Below, in pieces: positions 59,000 through 64,000 of a stretch of DNA of 64,000 bases; position 1 is the first letter of the stretch; the number at the start of each line of letters is the position of its first letter. The notes under the pieces are model-generated. The model was given only the letters and a program-made list of their open reading frames with translations, was not told where the DNA came from and made no database searches. The stretch lies in the NCBI RefSeq assembly GCF_054482525.1, contig NZ_CM137006.1; one strand, given 5' to 3'. The position numbers were made by a program, and so were the translations under genes.

Positions 59000-59815
59000 C
59001 TATGGATGTGCTTTCAGTCCCAACGCCGTGCTGATATCGCGGGCGGTGTCTCTGACCAGCTCACCCTGACTGACAAAACGATCTTCTGTCAGTCTTGATG
59101 AAGGCCCGGAGATGGAGATAGCGGCAACAACGCTACCTACATCATCGTAAATTGCTGAAGCTATGCAATTCAGACCTACAACATGCTCTTCTTTATCTAC
59201 GGTATAGCCCAGTTCACGCGCTTGTTCCAGGTCCTTCAGCAAGGTGGGCATATCCACAAGCGTAGTTGGCGTAAACTGCTGCAAACCGGTTTGCAGAATG
59301 ATGCTCATCAACTCCTCTTCCGCCAGCGGATAAAGCAACGCCTTGCCCGCACCGGAAGCATGCAGCGGCAGACGACTGCCCAGTGGCGCACACATCCTGA
59401 CCATCGATTTACACTCTAACTGACCAATTAATACTGCTTCATTGCCGTTACGAATCGCGACATTGACCGTTTCGCCGGAAAGTAACATCAGGCGGCGCAT
59501 AAACGGCCCGGCGACGGAGAGGACATCGCGGTTATGGATGTACGCCGCACCGACATTAAAGACACCTAATCCTATATGCCACCAGCCTAACTGACTGTCC
59601 TGATAGACAAAATCCGCTGCCTGTAAAACCTTCAGCAAGCGAAAGGTCGTGGAGAGCGGCAAATCCAGATTGAGAGAAATATCGCTAACCGACGAACTCC
59701 CCCCACTTTTTTCCAGATATTGCAGAATCGCAATTCCCCGCTCTAACGCCTGTGCGCCCTTCTGTGCCACAGGCTCCGCCTGTCCTGGCCTGCCGCGCCG
59801 TCTAACTTCCGTCAT
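59000..59815 (-). CDS. allR: IclR-family repressor of allantoin/glyoxylate genes AllR
   Basis: 271-aa ORF; followed on the minus strand by a terminator hairpin (cccgctc/gagcggg plus T-run) at about 58961-58992. Confidence 0.92.
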
Positions 59816-59892
59816 ACCTACGTTAACTCCGACCTACAAGTGAGCATAAACAATGAACAATTAGTTTATCTTATGCAAGTCGGTTGCAGGCG

Positions 59893-60375
59893 TCACGCAA
59901 AACAGAGTTCCTGTTCAGGAATACTTTCAACATCACAGTTGTCACTGCCGCCGCGATCGATGGTCAGAAAATCGGTGACGCGCTGCCAGGCGAAAAGTGG
60001 GTGATGCCAGACGTTACGATGGTAATTCACTCCCTGTTCGCCGTTGGTAATAAACGCCCGCAGCGTTGACAGGTCTGGTTTGTCGTCACCTAACGCCACG
60101 ACCACCACAAACACTTCACCTTTCATCGGGATAAACGCCTGTGTACCCAGCGGATGACGTTCGAGTTCGTGAATGGTCAGCGGCAGATTCGCCGGTTGCG
60201 CGCGGTTAATGCTGATGAGCGTACGGTCTTGCTCAAGAATCTCAACCAGCGCCAAATCGTGGTAACGCTCCACCAGGCCATTGTTAATATGGAAAAAATC
60301 CCGTTGCTGCGTTTCGATTACGTCGCCATAAGCACTAAAGGCTTCCTGACTTAACGGTAATACCTGAAGTTTCAT
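59893..60375 (-). CDS. allA: Ureidoglycolate lyase AllA
   Basis: 160-aa [36 protein letters not shown]... Confidence 0.92.
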
Positions 60376-60480
60376 CTTTTTGTCCTTATAACATAATTCC
60401 GTTCAACCACCGCCGACCGGTCAGCTTGGTTTCAATAACAGGCAATCTAAAACCTTAAGAGAACAACATCAACACAAAAG

Positions 60481-60497
60481 TTGGAATATTTTTCCAA
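60481..60497. promoter_or_regulatory. Candidate AllR operator in the allA / allS divergent region
   Basis: Palindrome ttggaatatttttccaa. Confidence 0.5.
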
Positions 60498-60604
60498 AAC
60501 TAGATTTAGTCCACAAATTGAACAGGGTTATCATGTAAAAATACTGATAAATCAGAGGATAAGAAAATCACGCAACTTGCGGATTTAAAAGGGGATACCT
60601 GAAG

Positions 60605-61531
60605 ATGTTCGATCCAGAAACCTTGCGGACTTTCATTGCGGTTGCTGAAACAGGAAGTTTTTCAAAAGCGGCAGAACGATTATGTAAAACCACGGCGACG
60701 ATCAGTTATCGCATTAAACTTCTGGAAGAGAATACCGGAGTGGCGCTGTTTTTCCGCACGACTCGCAGCGTGACGTTGACAGCGGCTGGCGAGCATCTAC
60801 TTTCTCAGGCCAGAGACTGGCTGAGCTGGCTGGAAAGTATGCCCAGCGAGCTGCAACAGGTGAATGATGGCGTGGAACGCCAGGTGAATATTGTCATCAA
60901 CAACCTGCTCTACAACCCCCAGGCCGTCGCCCAGCTGCTGGCGTGGCTGAATGAACGTTACCCCTTTACCCAGTTTCACATCTCCCGACAAATCTATATG
61001 GGCGTCTGGGACTCGCTATTGTACGAAGGTTTTTCACTGGCTATCGGCGTCACGGGAACCGAGGCGCTGGCAAATACCTTTAGTCTTGATCCCTTAGGAT
61101 CGGTGCAATGGCGCTTTGTCATGGCGGCGGATCATCCGCTGGCGAACGTTGAAGAGCCGCTAACAGAAGCTCAGTTGCGTCGCTTTCCGGCGGTCAATAT
61201 TGAAGACAGCGCCCGCACCTTAACCAAACGCGTCGCCTGGCGATTGCCAGGGCAAAAAGAGATTATTGTTCCTGATATGGAAACGAAAATCGCCGCCCAT
61301 CTGGCGGGCGTTGGCATTGGTTTTTTGCCAAAATCACTTTGCCAGTCAATGATTGATAATCAACAACTGGTCAGCCGGGTAATCCCAACGATGCGCCCGC
61401 CTTCGCCATTGAGTCTGGCATGGCGCAAATTTGGCAGCGGCAAAGCGGTAGAAGATATTGTGACCTTGTTTACCCAACGCAGGCCGGAAATCAGCGGATT
61501 TTTAGAAATTTTCGGCAACCCACGCAGTTAA
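60605..61531 (+). CDS. allS: LysR-family activator AllS
   Basis: 308-aa [45 protein letters not shown]... (LysR HTH). Confidence 0.92.
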
Positions 61532-61584
61532 AAATCAAGTTTCCTTGCGCGTTGGCGCGTAAAATAGCGCGCAAGCTGATTTGA

Positions 61585-62694
<1,110 letters not shown>

Positions 62695-62754
62695 TGGGCG
62701 GTATTCTGAAACGGCGATTGTCGTGAGAACAGAATGGTTGCACCAGAATACAGA

Positions 62755-62784
62755 TATAAAAAAACCGACATGACAGTCGGTTTT
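62755..62784. terminator. Bidirectional rho-independent terminator downstream of selU
   Basis: A-run, stem ccgac / gtcgg with loop atgaca, then a T-run; a degenerate second copy lies at 63236-63261. Confidence 0.8.
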
Positions 62785-62845
62785 TTTATTTTTTCCGCCC
62801 AAGACTTGGTGGTTCCGGGCAGAAATGAAACAGTCCTCATCTAGC
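62755..62845 (-). ncRNA. Candidate small antisense RNA (putative type I antitoxin)
   Basis: Near-consensus sigma-70 promoter on the minus strand (-35 TTGAAT at 62880-62875, 17-bp spacer, -10 TATAAT at 62857-62852), predicted start about 62845, ending at the 62755-62784 terminator; contains gctagatgaggactg, complementary to cagtcctcatctagc at 63017-63031 upstream of the small ORF. Confidence 0.45.
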
Positions 62846-63105
62846 AAGTGAATTATAAGTCAGGATGCCTACATATTCAAACAGCTATGTTGGCGATACA
62901 ATCCCGACGCTAGTAGTGATACTGCCTCAAGGGATTACCGCAGTGCGGAAAAGTACTTTTAAGTCCTGGTCAGGATACAGGTGGTGCTGATTCTGGTGCT
63001 CTAATTTGGAGAGAGGCAGTCCTCATCTAGCACATGAAGAAAATCATAGTTACAGGCAACGTAAGGGTAAGCTGTGATTGTCTTTCTCCCTTAAGGGAGC
63101 AACGG

Positions 63106-63189
63106 ATGAAAACTTTTCTCGATAAAGTTCTCATCGTTCTTAAGGCGCTAATCGCGCTGCTGGAACTGATCCGTCAGTTTATTGAATAA
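63106..63189 (+). CDS. Candidate 27-aa single-helix membrane peptide (putative type I toxin, DinQ/ZorO-like)
   Basis: ATG preceded by GGGAG; MKTFLDKVLIVLKALIALLELIRQFIE is one amphipathic/hydrophobic helix; followed by hairpin aaggccgaagg/ccttcggcctt; shares ALIALLELIR with E. coli DinQ as recalled from memory. Confidence 0.5.
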   Translation: MKTFLDKVLIVLKALIALLELIRQFIE

Positions 63190-63292
63190 CTGAGGAAACG
63201 TAGCTAAGGCCGAAGGTTTACCACCTTCGGCCTTTAAAAAAACCGACATGACAGTTGGTTTCATATTTATTGCCAAAATGCACACTGTTCAT

Positions 63293-63390
63293 GCCAGATG
63301 CGGCGTAAACGCCTTATCCGGCCTACACAATCTTGCAAAATCAATATATTGCACGATCCTCGTAGGCCTGATAAGCGTAGCGCATCAGGC
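63293..63390. repeat. REP pair with central IHF-like site (RIP/BIME-type element)
   Basis: gccagatgcggcgtaaacgccttatccggcctac ... aatcaatatattg ... gtaggcctgataagcgtagcgcatcaggc; near-identical to the element at 1464-1561. Confidence 0.8.
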
Positions 63391-63406
63391 AATCTAACGC
63401 CTGTCA

Positions 63407-64000
63407 TCATCCCGCAAACTGCCTGAACAGCGCCTTACCCTTAACCAGTCGCGCACCCAGCCAGCCGCCGAAAAGCGACAGCAGCAGCGCACCGCTGCAC
63501 GGCAGCACAATCCACAATCGCCAGTCTGGCTCCCACGGGAAATCAAACACTTTCGCCTGCAACACTGCCAGCGCCGTTTCCGCACCAATTGCGGCTACCA
63601 GGCCAGAAACAAACCCAAGCATGGCGAACTCACACCACAATGTCGTGCGCAGCAGTTTTTTCCCCGCTCCGAGTGTGCGCCACACCACCAGCTCCTGATG
63701 ACGCTGACGCATTCCCACCTGCACCTGTGCCAGCAACAGCAACATACCGCAGGCGGTGACCAGCACCACCATCACTTCCAGCGCCCGACTTACCTGCTCC
63801 AGCACCTGGCCGACCTGTTTTAAAATCGCGCCAATATCTAACAGGCTAATTGTCGGGAACTGGCGGTTGAGTTGCGTCAACATGCCGTTGCCATTCTCCC
63901 AGCGGAAACTGGTAAGCCAACTCTGCGGTTGTCCGTCTAATGCCCCTTCAGGGAAAATAAAATAGAAATTAGGCCGCAGACTTTCCCAGTCCACTTTGCG
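63407..64000 (-). CDS. ybbP: ABC transporter permease YbbP (FtsX-like), C-terminal part; gene continues beyond the window end
   Basis: Open frame to the window edge; hydrophobic C-terminal segment with stop at 63407. Confidence 0.8.
   Translation of the reverse strand, partial: RKVDWESLRPNFYFIFPEGALDGQPQSWLTSFRWENGNGMLTQLNRQFPTISLLDIGAILKQVGQVLEQVSRALEVMVVLVTACGMLLLLAQVQVGMRQRHQELVVWRTLGAGKKLLRTTLWCEFAMLGFVSGLVAAIGAETALAVLQAKVFDFPWEPDWRLWIVLPCSGALLLSLFGGWLGARLVKGKALFRQFAG

Overview
This window is an Escherichia coli chromosomal segment, collinear with the K-12 map from fepA/entD through the cus operon, nfrBA, argU, the sfm fimbrial operon, folD, purEK and the allantoin/glyoxylate cluster to selU and ybbP, read in reverse orientation relative to K-12. 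Gene names and strain comparisons are from memory of K-12; no search was run. Most of the window is conserved core genes. The accessory content is small: (1) two tandem, about 4 percent diverged hok/mok/sok type I toxin loci, each carrying an identical IS186 at the same hotspot but in opposite orientations; (2) an IS1 inside allC with a 9-bp target duplication; (3) an apparent 1-nt frameshift in nfrB; (4) argU abutting envY with no DLP12 prophage or ompT; (5) no RhsD element between selU and ybbP, where instead a roughly 480-bp cassette carries a 27-codon hydrophobic ORF and a divergent promoter-plus-terminator unit with 15-16 nt complementarity to the ORF's upstream region. This last locus is the best candidate for an undescribed or under-annotated system (a DinQ/ZorO-like type I toxin-antitoxin). 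No CRISPR array, rRNA or intact prophage was seen.
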